64,000 nt of DNA from Lentisphaerae bacterium RIFOXYA12_64_32 (GCA_001803235.1 MHBL01000458.1:23972-87971); one strand, 5' to 3'. Shown: positions 35,001 through 44,976, counted from the first letter of the stretch. Program-made: numbers and translations. Notes: generated from the sequence alone by a model not told the origin.

Positions 35001-37949
35001 TCACTGCACCGCGGTGAGTGCCACCAGTCCGAGTACGAGTCCCGGGACGTCCTGCTTGGCGCTCGCGTCCACCGAGACGATCGTGTCGTCCGGGCGCGGG
35101 TTGGTCCACTCATACGCGAGCAGGGCCACGGCATCGCCGCCCTTGGTGCAGCCTTCCCAGGCTAGCAGGGCGTCCCAGGCGTAGCCGTACACCCACGGCA
35201 TCCACGGGTTCACACGCGGGGTGGCGGTGCGCCAGTGGGTGGCGTTCCGTGAGGTGATGGCGATCTCCGCGCGCTCGCCGCTGGCGTAGGTGACCGAGTA
35301 CTGGCCGAACGTCTGCAGCCAGACGGCTGGGTTGTCCACGGCCAGGCCGTGCAGGAATACGAGGGCCCTGGCCTTCGCGTTTACGGCGATCCGGGCGCTT
35401 TGCGCGGAGATGCCGAGACTGGCGTTCTCCTTGCCGATGACAATGCCCCTGTCGCCGATGTGGTACTCGGTTCCGAAGAGGCGCACGACGCCTTTCGGGA
35501 AATAGGTGAGGTCGGACTGCCGGCCTTCGCCGAGCCACGCCTCAGTGCCGCCGACAAGCGGCCGGTTCGCGGCCGCGTCCAGGTCGATGGGAGCGAACTT
35601 CGCACCTGACGTCCGGGACGGCTGTGCGTTGCCCAGGACCGCGGCCGCCAGCACCCGCTGCGGCGACCACGCGAGCGTGTCCGGTTCCGGCATCGACGTG
35701 TTCCAGGCGCAGGCCACGCCGAGCATGGACGTGGCGACCGGCGAACGCGTGTTCAGGAACCCGAAGTCGGTGTCGATGATCCCGAGTTGGCCGATCTCGT
35801 GGATCGCCTTGGCGATGTAGTAGTTGTTGACGTTGCCGTGCCACGGCAGGCCGATCACGCGGAGGCCGTGGTCGGCGAAGTGCTTGAAGGTTGGGTAGCT
35901 CTTCGCCGTGTTGTAGTGCCAGTCCAGGATGATGACATCTTTGCGCAACTTGTCGACGGCCGGATGGATGGCAAGCCCGCCATACTGAGGACTGCCGCTG
36001 TTGCACGCATCGACGCCGAGCGGTTCCCAGCGTGCTTTCTCCAGCAGCATGTCCCCGGCGATCATGGTCTCGACGCCCTTGCCGGCCAGGAACGCGGCGG
36101 TCTTGTTAACGTCATTGGCGAACAGGTCGTCGGGCGGCACGGCCTTGCAGGCGGGGCAGACCACCATGCCGCCGATCTCGTCGTGGGAACTGAGGATGGC
36201 ATCGCACCGGGTGACCTCGACCAGTTCGGTCAGCAGGTCAAAGACCAGTTTGTAGGTCTCCGGCTTGGAGGGGCAGTAGGCGTGGTCGCCGCCTTTCTTT
36301 GCCCCGTCGGGGTCTTCGGCGATTTCGGGATGCGCCTTGAGCAGTTCTTGGACTTTGCCGTACAGGTTCACGTACGGGACGAAGCGCATCCCGTACCGAC
36401 GCGCCGTATCGGCGGCGGTGGCGAGTTCACGCATGTCGAGCGCGTTGTCCGCGGCAATCTCGGGGTGCGACTGCCAGCGGTAGCGCGACCACCGTACCTC
36501 GTAGAGGAGCAGGTTGGCGCGGAAGTAGGAGTACACGTCGCGGAGCAGACGTGAGAACTCGTCCTGCGTCACCCGTGACGGCGCTTCGACCATGAAGCCG
36601 CGGACCTTCAGGTCTGGCCAGTCCGTGACCGTCACCGCCGGTACTTCAGCGACGCTCGAGTTTGCGCCGTGCCACGACCGCAACTGCCGCGCGAACCACG
36701 ACTCGGGCTGGCTCCGCGCGCGGATCAGTTGCCGCAGTGCCTGTGCACCGTATAGCACGCCGCGATCGTCCGTGCCGGCGATCAGGATCTGGTGCGGTGT
36801 CACGTGCAGCACGTAACCCTCCGGGGCGGTGGTGGCGCAGCCGAGGCGCTTACAGGCGGCGCCAACGGCGGCGTCCGTCGACGCGACGCCCAGTAGCACC
36901 GCCGCCGAGCCGGACGGATCGACGCGGTTCACGCCGACGCCGAACCGCGCCAGTTCCGCGGCGATGACGTCGCTTGCGGCGGCGTGGGCGGCGGTGCAGG
37001 CGACATCCAACTTCGCGGGGACCGCGAAGGCGCCGCGCCCCCAGCGTCGCTCCTTGGGTTCCGGGATGATGATGCCCGACCGCGGGTCGAGGCCGGTCGG
37101 ATCGAGGTCGGCGGTGGCATCCATGACGCGCCTGGCGACGGCGTCGGCGCGTTGGACCGGGTCGCGGGGGAGTGCGTCGTCCGGCACCTGGCCGCCGTAC
37201 TGCGCCAGCAGTTGGCGCATGGTGGTCGTGGCCTGTTCCGCGATCAGGCGGTCGACTGTCGTCGCCCACCCCGGCTTTGGGAGGAATCGCGCTTCGAATG
37301 TCAGGTGCAGCTTCAGGCCGGCCGCGGGGACGTCCTTGAACAGATACACGAAAGCGAACGTCTTGCGTTCCTCCGGTCCCCAGGTTCGGCCGCACATAGA
37401 CCACAGTTCCCAACGGATGCCGCCATCGGCGGTCAGGATGAACTCCCAGTCGCCCAAGGTGGTGGCGACCGTGACGTGGTCGACGGCCGTCGTCTTCCAG
37501 GCGGCCGGGTCGAGGTGCAGGGCTTCGCCGTTGCGCGTCAGGGGAGCGTCGCCGAAGACGGAGCGTGCCAGGTAGAAGCCCTGGGCCGCGTAGTAGGCGC
37601 CGCTGTCAGGCTTGATCTCCAGTGACTGCTCGATCCGGATGCCCGTCTCGGTCAGGGTGTAGATCGCCTCACCGGCAATGGGTGCGGTCTTGGCCGCGCG
37701 CTGCGTGACCACCACGTCCGCGGTTGTCGTCTCCGGCTGCGGATCGCCGAAGTTGGCGATGGTCTTCCAGTTCTGATCCGCCAGGTAGAACGGTTCCAGT
37801 TCGAGGATCCGCTGCGGCCCCAGCGCGACATGCGACACCAGCGGGCCGATCTCCGCCGTCATGCAGCCCGACTCGATGCGCACGCCGTACAGGGCTGGGG
37901 CTACCAGGCAGAGGGTGAGGCAGGCTTGGGCGAAACGGCGTGTGAGCAT
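35001..37949 (-). CDS. large secreted glycoside-hydrolase-like protein (GH20/GH67-type N-domain plus TIM-barrel-like core)
   Basis: A strong RBS (AGGAGGA) precedes the start, and the signal peptide is MLTRRFAQACLTLCLVAPALYG. EGYVLHVTPHQILIAGTDDRGVLYGAQALRQLI followed by VTDWPDLKVRGFMVE is the pattern seen in hexosaminidase-like N-domains. The exact family is not determinable by eye. Confidence 0.65.
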   Translation of the reverse strand: MLTRRFAQACLTLCLVAPALYGVRIESGCMTAEIGPLVSHVALGPQRILELEPFYLADQNWKTIANFGDPQPETTTADVVVTQRAAKTAPIAGEAIYTLTETGIRIEQSLEIKPDSGAYYAAQGFYLARSVFGDAPLTRNGEALHLDPAAWKTTAVDHVTVATTLGDWEFILTADGGIRWELWSMCGRTWGPEERKTFAFVYLFKDVPAAGLKLHLTFEARFLPKPGWATTVDRLIAEQATTTMRQLLAQYGGQVPDDALPRDPVQRADAVARRVMDATADLDPTGLDPRSGIIIPEPKERRWGRGAFAVPAKLDVACTAAHAAASDVIAAELARFGVGVNRVDPSGSAAVLLGVASTDAAVGAACKRLGCATTAPEGYVLHVTPHQILIAGTDDRGVLYGAQALRQLIRARSQPESWFARQLRSWHGANSSVAEVPAVTVTDWPDLKVRGFMVEAPSRVTQDEFSRLLRDVYSYFRANLLLYEVRWSRYRWQSHPEIAADNALDMRELATAADTARRYGMRFVPYVNLYGKVQELLKAHPEIAEDPDGAKKGGDHAYCPSKPETYKLVFDLLTELVEVTRCDAILSSHDEIGGMVVCPACKAVPPDDLFANDVNKTAAFLAGKGVETMIAGDMLLEKARWEPLGVDACNSGSPQYGGLAIHPAVDKLRKDVIILDWHYNTAKSYPTFKHFADHGLRVIGLPWHGNVNNYYIAKAIHEIGQLGIIDTDFGFLNTRSPVATSMLGVACAWNTSMPEPDTLAWSPQRVLAAAVLGNAQPSRTSGAKFAPIDLDAAANRPLVGGTEAWLGEGRQSDLTYFPKGVVRLFGTEYHIGDRGIVIGKENASLGISAQSARIAVNAKARALVFLHGLAVDNPAVWLQTFGQYSVTYASGERAEIAITSRNATHWRTATPRVNPWMPWVYGYAWDALLAWEGCTKGGDAVALLAYEWTNPRPDDTIVSVDASAKQDVPGLVLGLVALTAVQ

Positions 37950-37996
37950 CTGGGGTTCCTCCTGCGTATTCGTTACCGCAACCTTCGTCGCGATCG

Positions 37997-40900
37997 CTAC
38001 TTGATGGTCAACTCGGTTCGGAATCCCAGGTCGTTGGCGGTCACCGTGAAGACCAGCGGAACGGATGGGCGCGCGCGGCCGGCGTTGAACTCAAGCGGGT
38101 CGGAGCGCCAATCCTTGCCCTGGCGCAGGAACCCGGGCACGCTGGACAGGGGTACGGATGCGAGCGTCGTGCCGTCGGCGCCGAGGGCTGTGACGCGGAC
38201 GCGCAGGTCGGTCAGGTCGACGGGGGCGCCGACGATCAGCCGCGCGTGGATGATCGAATCGGTTCCCAGCGCCATAGTCCGGTCTTCCTTTCGCACGTCG
38301 GCAAGTTCGAAACGGATCGGGCTTTCCCCGGTCAGCGTGGCGGCTGCGTAGTCGGTGAGCAGCCCGCCGGCGTCGAGCGGCTTGCAGGTCGCAGGGAAGA
38401 CCCGTTGCCTGGTTTCGGGCGCATTGTCCTGGTCGTAGAGTCCGAGCGCCAGGCAGATGCTCGTCCCGATGCCCGGCCGTACACGCGTAGGCTCCCAAGG
38501 CAGTCGCATTTCGACGATGTAGCCAGGTTGGCCGTCCATTCCTTCGGGCGCCTGGCTGAGCAGGGCGAAGTCCGGCACCAGGCTGTGGGCGGGCACGGGG
38601 CGGATGGCAACCACGGCGTTGACGGGAGGGATTCCCGCGTACGTTTCGAGTCGTGCGGTGCCGTCCGGGCCGATTCCGGCGGCGTAGTGGTTGCCGTTCA
38701 GCCAGAGGCAGACGGCATCGCCGGTCGTGAGGGCGCCCGTGGCCGGCTTCGGCCCGGCGTCATCGACGACCTTGGCCAGGAGGTAGAGGCAGGTCTCGTC
38801 CCACGCCAGGTAGCAGACGGCTGCGGCGTCGGCACGGCTCGCCGGTCGGGCGGTCGCTGCCGGATCGGTGCCGGGCGCCGCCGTGACGAGCACCGGATTG
38901 AGGAGCGGCCAGTCCGACGCGTCTCCGTCGATCGTGAACGGGCGGGAGGCTTTGGGCAGCAGGATGTGTCGGCGCTGAGCGCTGGACGACGCGGAATTCG
39001 CCAGCGCCTCGGCCTCCTCGCCGACGAGGTTGAGGCCGCCGACGAGGGCGTCCAGCTTCTTCTCGACGTCTTCACGTTTACGGTAGCCTGGCGCCAGGAG
39101 CATGTACCAGGGCTTTCCCTCCAGGTCGAACTGGGCGTAGGCGTCGCGGAGCTCGGCCCGGCGCTTCTCGATGCAGGCCAGGCCCTGAGTTGCAGACTCC
39201 GCGGCCGCCTTCGCTGCCGCGCTCCTGGCGGTTGGGGTCGGGTCGGTCCTGGCCGTGTCGAGTCTCGCGTCCGCTTCGAGCTTGGCCGCCCTGGCGCCAA
39301 GGATAGCCCGCAGGTCCGTGTTGACCTTCATCATGTTCGTGTAGACGGCATAGGTGTCGACTTGGCTTCCGGGAGACTTCTGGAACAGTTCTTTCTTGCC
39401 CCAGAGCGGCGCCAGGGCCAGGAACGAGCGGTCTGCGGACTCCGCCAGTGCCGCCGCGATGACGGGGTCCGAAGACCAGTAACTCTCCGCAACGAGCGGG
39501 GCGCAGCGCAGCGACTCGGCCATGGCCGGCGCCACGGCGCTGCCGTAGATGAGCCGGCAGCAGCGCTCGACGAGATCGTAGTTGAAGGCGCGGGGTTCGA
39601 ACCGGCCCTGCAGGTAGGTCCAGCGATCCCAGCGTGACCCGTCCGGCGCCAGGACCCGGTCATAGACGTAGTCATCGGCCACGCCCGAGGCAGCCTTTGT
39701 TGTGTCGGCGGCAGGGTCAGGGCCCCAGATGCCCGAGCCGGGCGCCGACACGTTCCAGGAGTATTCCGCGACGGTGTAGCCCGAGACATCCAGGACCGGG
39801 CGCGAGTGTACCGTGAGGCAGTCGTAAACGGCATCGGCGTTCTCGCCGCGCCAGGCGCTCTTCAGGAACGCCATGTCCGGGGCCAGCGCCCGGGCGCCCC
39901 AGAACGTCTCCGGCGACCACCACACGGCCAGGGGTTGCCTGATGTGGCGCCACCAGGACGCGAACGCGTCGCGCGTGCCCTCGCGACGCGCGAGCAGGAC
40001 ACCGTCGGGCAGCAGGCCGGAGATCTTCTCGAAGTACTGCTGTGACTTGGCGTTCCCCGGGTAATCCAGGTTCATGCCGTAGGGGTAGTTGATCAACTCC
40101 AGCCGGCTGGTGGGTGATTCGCTCTTGAGAGTCTGGTAGAGGGCGTTGCCGAACCAGGCATCGGCCGCGGCCCGGTCATCGCCCCAGCGTTGCCGGCACG
40201 ACTCGGATCGCTGCGGCCATCCGCCTTCGAACATGTCCGGGTAGTGGAAGGCCCAATCCGTGTTGGTTCCGATACGGCGCACCTCGTTCCGGAACCGGTC
40301 CATGCTCTCACGGAGCAGGTCGTCACGGGACCAGGACATGTAGTAGCCGCGGAGATTCGGCACCCCGGCGTACTTCGCATCGTCCTTGTCGCGCTCGACC
40401 CAGCCGACACTGGTGTGGTGCAGGATGTGGAAACGGACCCCGTAAGCCCTGGCGTACGGGATGAGTTGCTCGATGAGTTTCAGGTCGCGCTCACGCAGGT
40501 AGTCGATCGGCGGCCAGGACTCGTGGGAGATCAGGTTACACTTTAGCAGGGCGGCGCGCCGGACGAAGCGCTTTGCCGTTTCCAGGGCTTGAGCGAGCAC
40601 CGTTTCCGTGTCGTCCCGCGGGCTTTGGAAGCCACTGGTGACGCGGCGCTTGAAGTCCGGCCAGTCGACCACGTTGGCCTTGTGGAGCACCACGGCCTCG
40701 CCCTCACGCTGCACCAAGTGCCGAAGTGTGATGCAGCCGTAGAGCGCTCCGAGCGGTTCGCGGCCCCACACGAAGAGCGCGTCATGGCCGTTCACCTGGG
40801 CCGAGGCGATGACATAGCCCTGTTCCTCGTCCCAGGCACTGACGCCCTGGTATTCGTGGGTGATGTCGGACTCAGGAAGGCTGTCCCGGCCATACCCGAT

Positions 40901-41236
40901 GAGGATGGCCGGGCCGGCCAGCGCGGCCGTTACCGTCTTTAGATCAGGGGCTGGCGTTGGCACTGGGCCCTTGCCGCCCGACTCTGTGATGCGAGCGGCG
41001 ATCTCCGCGGCGCCGGTCTCGGTCTGCCGCTCGGCGTCGGGCAGAAAGAAGATCGAGGGTGTGTTCTCCCCGCACGTGAGTGTGCCGGCGGACTCGATCC
41101 GCTTCGGACACGGGACGATGTCGATCGTGCCCAGGTTCTCCCATTGCGGCACAGGCGGGAACGGCTTGTCCGCGGCGAACGCGGGGAGTGACAGGAGCAC
41201 TGCGAGCGACACGCCGTGCAGAGCGGTGCCGAGCAT
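37997..41236 (-). CDS. large secreted glycoside-hydrolase-like protein, paralog of 35001..37949, with a C-terminal CBM9/DOMON-like region
   Basis: This lies in the 37997..41728 ORF. ATG 41236 gives MLGTALHGVSLAVLLSLPAFAADKP. QGYVIASAQVNGHDALFVWGREPLGALYGCITLRHLV followed by VVDWPDFKRR parallels the neighbouring gene. The track ORF's upstream 164 codons run through heptamer and B repeats. Confidence 0.65.
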   Translation of the reverse strand: MLGTALHGVSLAVLLSLPAFAADKPFPPVPQWENLGTIDIVPCPKRIESAGTLTCGENTPSIFFLPDAERQTETGAAEIAARITESGGKGPVPTPAPDLKTVTAALAGPAILIGYGRDSLPESDITHEYQGVSAWDEEQGYVIASAQVNGHDALFVWGREPLGALYGCITLRHLVQREGEAVVLHKANVVDWPDFKRRVTSGFQSPRDDTETVLAQALETAKRFVRRAALLKCNLISHESWPPIDYLRERDLKLIEQLIPYARAYGVRFHILHHTSVGWVERDKDDAKYAGVPNLRGYYMSWSRDDLLRESMDRFRNEVRRIGTNTDWAFHYPDMFEGGWPQRSESCRQRWGDDRAAADAWFGNALYQTLKSESPTSRLELINYPYGMNLDYPGNAKSQQYFEKISGLLPDGVLLARREGTRDAFASWWRHIRQPLAVWWSPETFWGARALAPDMAFLKSAWRGENADAVYDCLTVHSRPVLDVSGYTVAEYSWNVSAPGSGIWGPDPAADTTKAASGVADDYVYDRVLAPDGSRWDRWTYLQGRFEPRAFNYDLVERCCRLIYGSAVAPAMAESLRCAPLVAESYWSSDPVIAAALAESADRSFLALAPLWGKKELFQKSPGSQVDTYAVYTNMMKVNTDLRAILGARAAKLEADARLDTARTDPTPTARSAAAKAAAESATQGLACIEKRRAELRDAYAQFDLEGKPWYMLLAPGYRKREDVEKKLDALVGGLNLVGEEAEALANSASSSAQRRHILLPKASRPFTIDGDASDWPLLNPVLVTAAPGTDPAATARPASRADAAAVCYLAWDETCLYLLAKVVDDAGPKPATGALTTGDAVCLWLNGNHYAAGIGPDGTARLETYAGIPPVNAVVAIRPVPAHSLVPDFALLSQAPEGMDGQPGYIVEMRLPWEPTRVRPGIGTSICLALGLYDQDNAPETRQRVFPATCKPLDAGGLLTDYAAATLTGESPIRFELADVRKEDRTMALGTDSIIHARLIVGAPVDLTDLRVRVTALGADGTTLASVPLSSVPGFLRQGKDWRSDPLEFNAGRARPSVPLVFTVTANDLGFRTELTIK

Positions 41237-41247
41237 GACATACGAAT

Positions 41248-41282
41248 GTCGAACGCCGAACGTCGAACGTTGAACGTCGAAG
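41248..41282. repeat. five tandem heptamers (GTCGAAC GCCGAAC GTCGAAC GTTGAAC GTCGAAG)
   Basis: The array was read directly. It lies 12-46 nt upstream of the minus-strand start codon at 41236. Confidence 0.8.
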
Positions 41283-41298
41283 TGGGAGAGTGCCCAGG

Positions 41299-41377
41299 CT
41301 TGTAGTCCCGCGTTTACGCGGTCCGGGGCTCGCGTGGCCATGGGGAACGGGGACCGCCTGACGGCGGGACTACGAAC
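41299..41377. mobile_element. repeat family B, uninterrupted copy (about 79-bp hairpin element)
   Basis: The perfect 10-bp termini are GTAGTCCCGC (41302-41311) and GCGGGACTAC (41364-41373). Internally, ...GACCGCCTGACGG is followed directly by CGGGACTACGAAC. This is the configuration that carries the A insertion in the 6781-7024 copy. Confidence 0.7.
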
Positions 41378-41511
41378 GGGGGCGGCCCGCGGCCCGGTTC
41401 CAGGCCTGTCACTGCGAATGCGACGGACGTCCAAGTTGGGTGGTATGGTGATCGCGGGCCTGGCGCGTGTCCATCCCCGGTTTTTCCATGTTCGTGGTGT
41501 GGTCATCATGG

Positions 41512-42702
41512 TCAGAGCGCTCCTTTCATGGGCTCGACCCGGATCTCCACCTCGTCCAGAACGTACGGTGCGCGTTCCGGCTTGTCGTACTCGCTCTGAC
41601 CCAGTCGGAGCCCGACCGGTTCGGGCGGCGGCACGGGCCAGGTGCACTCCTTGGTGGCCAGGGCGACGCCGTTGACGCTCAATCGCAGTCCAGTCTCGGC
41701 GTCCCAGGCGGCTTCGACCTTGGTCCACTGTCCCTGCGCCAGGTTCTTCAGGTCACACGAGACCGAGCGCGACTGGTGATCACCGTCCCAAAGCACGAAG
41801 AGGAACGACCAACCGTGGTTTTTCCGGATCAGGATTGCACCCTTGCCCTGGGACAGTTTGAGCATATCGCCTGGGCGTGCATCGCCCGGCTCCCATATCG
41901 GCTGCAGCCAGAAGGTGACGGTCCCGCGGGCAATGACCTGTTGCGCCGGCAGGGCGAACCAGGCGGCGTCCTGCGGTTGCTTGACGAGCTGACCCGGACC
42001 GGTCTTGCCCGGTGCGGTCGGTTGGACGCACGACCAGGCCGGATACGGGGTCGGTGCGCCCTGGACCAGATCGGCACGGCAGTCCGGGTGCGAGAAGCTG
42101 TGCCGGAAGAGGGTGCCGTCAGACGGCGATGGCGGCGCGGCGGGGACCGGCAGCACCGTGAGGCACGGATAGCGGAGGTGCAGGACGGCTTCGCTTCCGG
42201 CGGCGGGGGTGACGCGGAACTCGATACGGACACCGTCCGTTGCTGGCGGAACCGCGATGGAGAGGTCCTGGAACACGCCGTTGCTTTGCGCGGCATGCGG
42301 GGAGAACGGCAGTTGTGTCGGAGGTTGGGCCTTGTCGCCGGCCGTGAACACCGCCGAGATTTCGCAGACGGAGGTTCCGGTCAACGTGATAGCGGCTGTG
42401 AGTCGGAGAAGGCTGGTGCCGGACGGGAAACTGGCCGGACCGAGGGAAACACTTCCCGGTGCACTGCCGGGCGCCAGAGTGGCGGACAGTCCGGCCCCGT
42501 CCGGGTCCTGGCGGTACTGGATCTCGGGGCCGGACGGCACAATTGCCGGGTGTGTGCCGAGCAGGTTGCGGACCGGTTCGGGCGCCGCGGAGGGTGTGCC
42601 TGCCAGGCTGCCTGCCGTGAGCATCCCAAAGAGAAAGAGGATGGTCGTTCGCGTCCCGGCGGTGCCGACGCGTGGAGAGGTGCGCGATTCCCGCAACGGC
42701 AC
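41512..42702 (-). CDS. secreted LamG/concanavalin-like domain protein
   Basis: This lies in the 41512..42969 ORF. The C-terminal half (TVTFWLQPIW...WSFLFVLWDGDHQSRSVSCDL...WTKVEAAWDAETGLRLSVNGV) is LamG-like. The signal-like segment TRTTILFLFGMLTAGSLAG requires an upstream start: GTG at 42702 or TTG at 42696. The start is uncertain. Confidence 0.6.
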   Translation of the reverse strand: MPLRESRTSPRVGTAGTRTTILFLFGMLTAGSLAGTPSAAPEPVRNLLGTHPAIVPSGPEIQYRQDPDGAGLSATLAPGSAPGSVSLGPASFPSGTSLLRLTAAITLTGTSVCEISAVFTAGDKAQPPTQLPFSPHAAQSNGVFQDLSIAVPPATDGVRIEFRVTPAAGSEAVLHLRYPCLTVLPVPAAPPSPSDGTLFRHSFSHPDCRADLVQGAPTPYPAWSCVQPTAPGKTGPGQLVKQPQDAAWFALPAQQVIARGTVTFWLQPIWEPGDARPGDMLKLSQGKGAILIRKNHGWSFLFVLWDGDHQSRSVSCDLKNLAQGQWTKVEAAWDAETGLRLSVNGVALATKECTWPVPPPEPVGLRLGQSEYDKPERAPYVLDEVEIRVEPMKGAL

Positions 42703-42961
42703 CAGGGCTCTCGGGGACGTCGCGCTATGGAGTGCGGTGGCAAGTCTGCCAAAGGCAGACGCGACACCGCTTTGGCTGGAGTGCCCTGCCCGGACCGCGA
42801 CGCCGCACTCCATATGTCGCGGCCCGTGGCCACGGGCAGCCGCGAGTACTCGACAGGCAACGGAGGAGGGCCTCAGTGGCATTTGTGGTTCTCCCTGTTC
42901 AGCGTCTGCATTCCGACCTCGGGATCTGTCAAGGCGTTCAGGTGGCCCGTGCCGTTGGCGG

Positions 42962-43750
42962 TCAGGCAATGGCCATCAGGCGCAGCCACTCCTGGCACGA
43001 CTCCTTCCAACTGCTGCCGTCATTCCCGTTCCAGTTGTGTCCCCAGCCGTGCTGGCCACCCGGGTAGGCATGCAGTCCGAAGCGCACGCCGTTCTGGGCT
43101 AGCGCGTCCGCGAACAGCAGGCTGTTCGCGACCGGTACGGAGGTGTCGCCGGTCGAATGCCAGAGGAAGCATGGGGGCGTGTTGGGGGTCACATGCTTCT
43201 CGTTGGAGAACTTCGAGAGCAGGCTTGGAGTGGCATCCGCTCCGAGAAGGTTGGTCGCGGACATGCCATGCGCGAACGACGCCTCCATGTTGATGACGGC
43301 GTAGCAGAGGATGGCGAAGTCGGGCCGGCAGGACACGGCGTCGACGTCGTCCACAGGCGGAGACTCATACTCGTCGAAATGCGTGGTGACGGTTGAGGCC
43401 AGGTGCCCGCCCGCGGAGAACCCCATGATGCCGATCATGTCAGGCTTGACGTGCCACTCAGCCGCCCGGTGCCGGACGACCTTCACGGCTCGCTTGCCGT
43501 CCAGGATAGGGTAGGGGTACTTGTAGGGGTGTACGCGGTACGTGAGCACGAACGCGTGCAGGCCGAGCCCGTTCAGCCATCGTGCCATGGGCTCGCCCTC
43601 GCGATCGACGCGACGGATGTAACCGCCGCCGGGGCAGATGATGACCGCAGGTCGAGCGGATGTGGTGTCGAGCAGGTACGGCTCCAGCGCCGGCACATCC
43701 GCCGACAGCGTCAGGTCCAGGCCGGGGGCATTGTCCCAGAGTGTAATCAT
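42962..43750 (-). CDS. alpha/beta-hydrolase fold esterase (carbohydrate-esterase-like)
   Basis: VIICPGGGY (oxyanion-hole region), the GFSAGGHLA nucleophile elbow and C-terminal ...YPGGQHGW are present. Confidence 0.8.
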   Translation of the reverse strand: MITLWDNAPGLDLTLSADVPALEPYLLDTTSARPAVIICPGGGYIRRVDREGEPMARWLNGLGLHAFVLTYRVHPYKYPYPILDGKRAVKVVRHRAAEWHVKPDMIGIMGFSAGGHLASTVTTHFDEYESPPVDDVDAVSCRPDFAILCYAVINMEASFAHGMSATNLLGADATPSLLSKFSNEKHVTPNTPPCFLWHSTGDTSVPVANSLLFADALAQNGVRFGLHAYPGGQHGWGHNWNGNDGSSWKESCQEWLRLMAIA

Positions 43751-43841
43751 CGTTGTCTCTCCAGGCTTCGCTGTCTGTGCCGATCGCGGTCAGAATGACT
43801 CTGCTTGTATGATGACACCATCTGTCGGGAGCCTTCCTTCA

Positions 43842-44852
43842 TCAGCTCTTGGTCGCAAACAAGAGTTCCGGTTTGATGAACCGTCGGCACCGGCCGCGCG
43901 TGCTGCCGTGCAGGCGGGTCATGAGCCGTTTCGCCGCCTGGGCACCCATCTCCAGGCCGCGTTGCCTGACGGTCGGAATCGGTTCGTCGACGTAAGCGCA
44001 GAGGTCCCCCAGGGTTTCCATGGGCACGGAGTCGAAACCCACCAGCACCAAGTCACGGGGGATGCGCCGTTTCAACCGCGCCAAGGCTTGGAAGCCCGGG
44101 CCGAAATCGTGGAAGCTTGCAGCCACGATGGCGGTGCGGTCTTTTCGGGCAGACATGCCGGCAAGGTACGATTCGAGGCCCGCCAGGGAAGGTACGATCT
44201 GGAACCCGTCTCCGTCCAGGCCGGCCTCCGTGGCCGCTTGACGTGCGCCGTCGTAGCGGTCGCGGATGGCCGCCAGGGGGGAGGCGGAGGCAATGATGTG
44301 AACGATGCGTTGGCAGCCTTGCGCGAGGCAGTGCCGGACGGCCTGGTACGCCCCCCAACGGTTGTCCGTGACGATGAAATCCAGATTGGAGTCGGGCAGG
44401 TAGTTGTCGACCAACACGATCGGGATGCGGTGTTCTTGGAGGGTCTCAAGTTGTGTCGTGATGGCGTCGGGCCGGTGCGGCGCCATGATGATGCCGTCGA
44501 CGCCGCGGCTCAGCAACTCGCCGAGGTAATGGCTTTCGCGGCGGCCCATGTCGCTGTGGCAGAGCAGTGAGAGGTAACCTTCGGCAGCGAGGGTCTGCTC
44601 GAGGCCACAGAGCAGGTCGAGGTAGAAGGGCTTGGTCAGGTCGGCGAGGATGATGCCGATCGTCTGTGTCCGACCGGTGCGGAGTTGGTTGCCGAGGGCG
44701 TTCGGGGTGGCCTGTTCCGCGGTGAGGCGCTCCTGGATGCGGCGTGCGAGGTCCGCACCGATCCGCTTCTCGCGCCACTTGCCGTTGTAGACGTACGAGA
44801 CCGCGGTGACCGAGACCCCGAGTTCTCTGGCAATGTCGGACAGCGACTTCAC
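43842..44852 (-). CDS. LacI/GalR family transcriptional regulator
   Basis: The start is GTG. The N-terminal HTH is KSLSDIARELGVSVTAVSYVYNG, followed by a periplasmic-binding-like core (IGIILADLTKPFY...GVDGIIMAP...). Confidence 0.85.
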   Translation of the reverse strand: MKSLSDIARELGVSVTAVSYVYNGKWREKRIGADLARRIQERLTAEQATPNALGNQLRTGRTQTIGIILADLTKPFYLDLLCGLEQTLAAEGYLSLLCHSDMGRRESHYLGELLSRGVDGIIMAPHRPDAITTQLETLQEHRIPIVLVDNYLPDSNLDFIVTDNRWGAYQAVRHCLAQGCQRIVHIIASASPLAAIRDRYDGARQAATEAGLDGDGFQIVPSLAGLESYLAGMSARKDRTAIVAASFHDFGPGFQALARLKRRIPRDLVLVGFDSVPMETLGDLCAYVDEPIPTVRQRGLEMGAQAAKRLMTRLHGSTRGRCRRFIKPELLFATKS

Positions 44853-44871
44853 AGCCCGCTCCCGTCAAGTC

Positions 44872-44889
44872 TGCTTAAACGTACAAGCA
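44872..44889. promoter_or_regulatory. imperfect 18-bp palindrome TGCTTAAACGTACAAGCA (candidate LacI-type operator)
   Basis: 14 of 18 positions are symmetric around a central ACGT. It lies 20-37 nt upstream of the LacI start codon. Confidence 0.35.
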
Positions 44890-44976
44890 ACGTAATGCGC
44901 GCTCAACGACGTGTCAAGCCAGGCAGGTGCGAGGAGCGCAATACGTCCGCCGACAAACGGACCTCCTGCTGCACCC

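Noticed and set aside
41237-41728. N-terminal 164-codon extension of the 37997..41728 ORF
   Set aside because: It would translate through the heptamer tandem repeat and the B-family hairpin element. ATG 41236 gives a clean signal peptide.
38246-43293. Plus-strand ORFs 38246..39637 (463 aa) and 41467..43293 (608 aa)
   Set aside because: They are antisense to the GH-like, LamG and esterase genes, with spurious-looking composition. The second also crosses an intergenic region.
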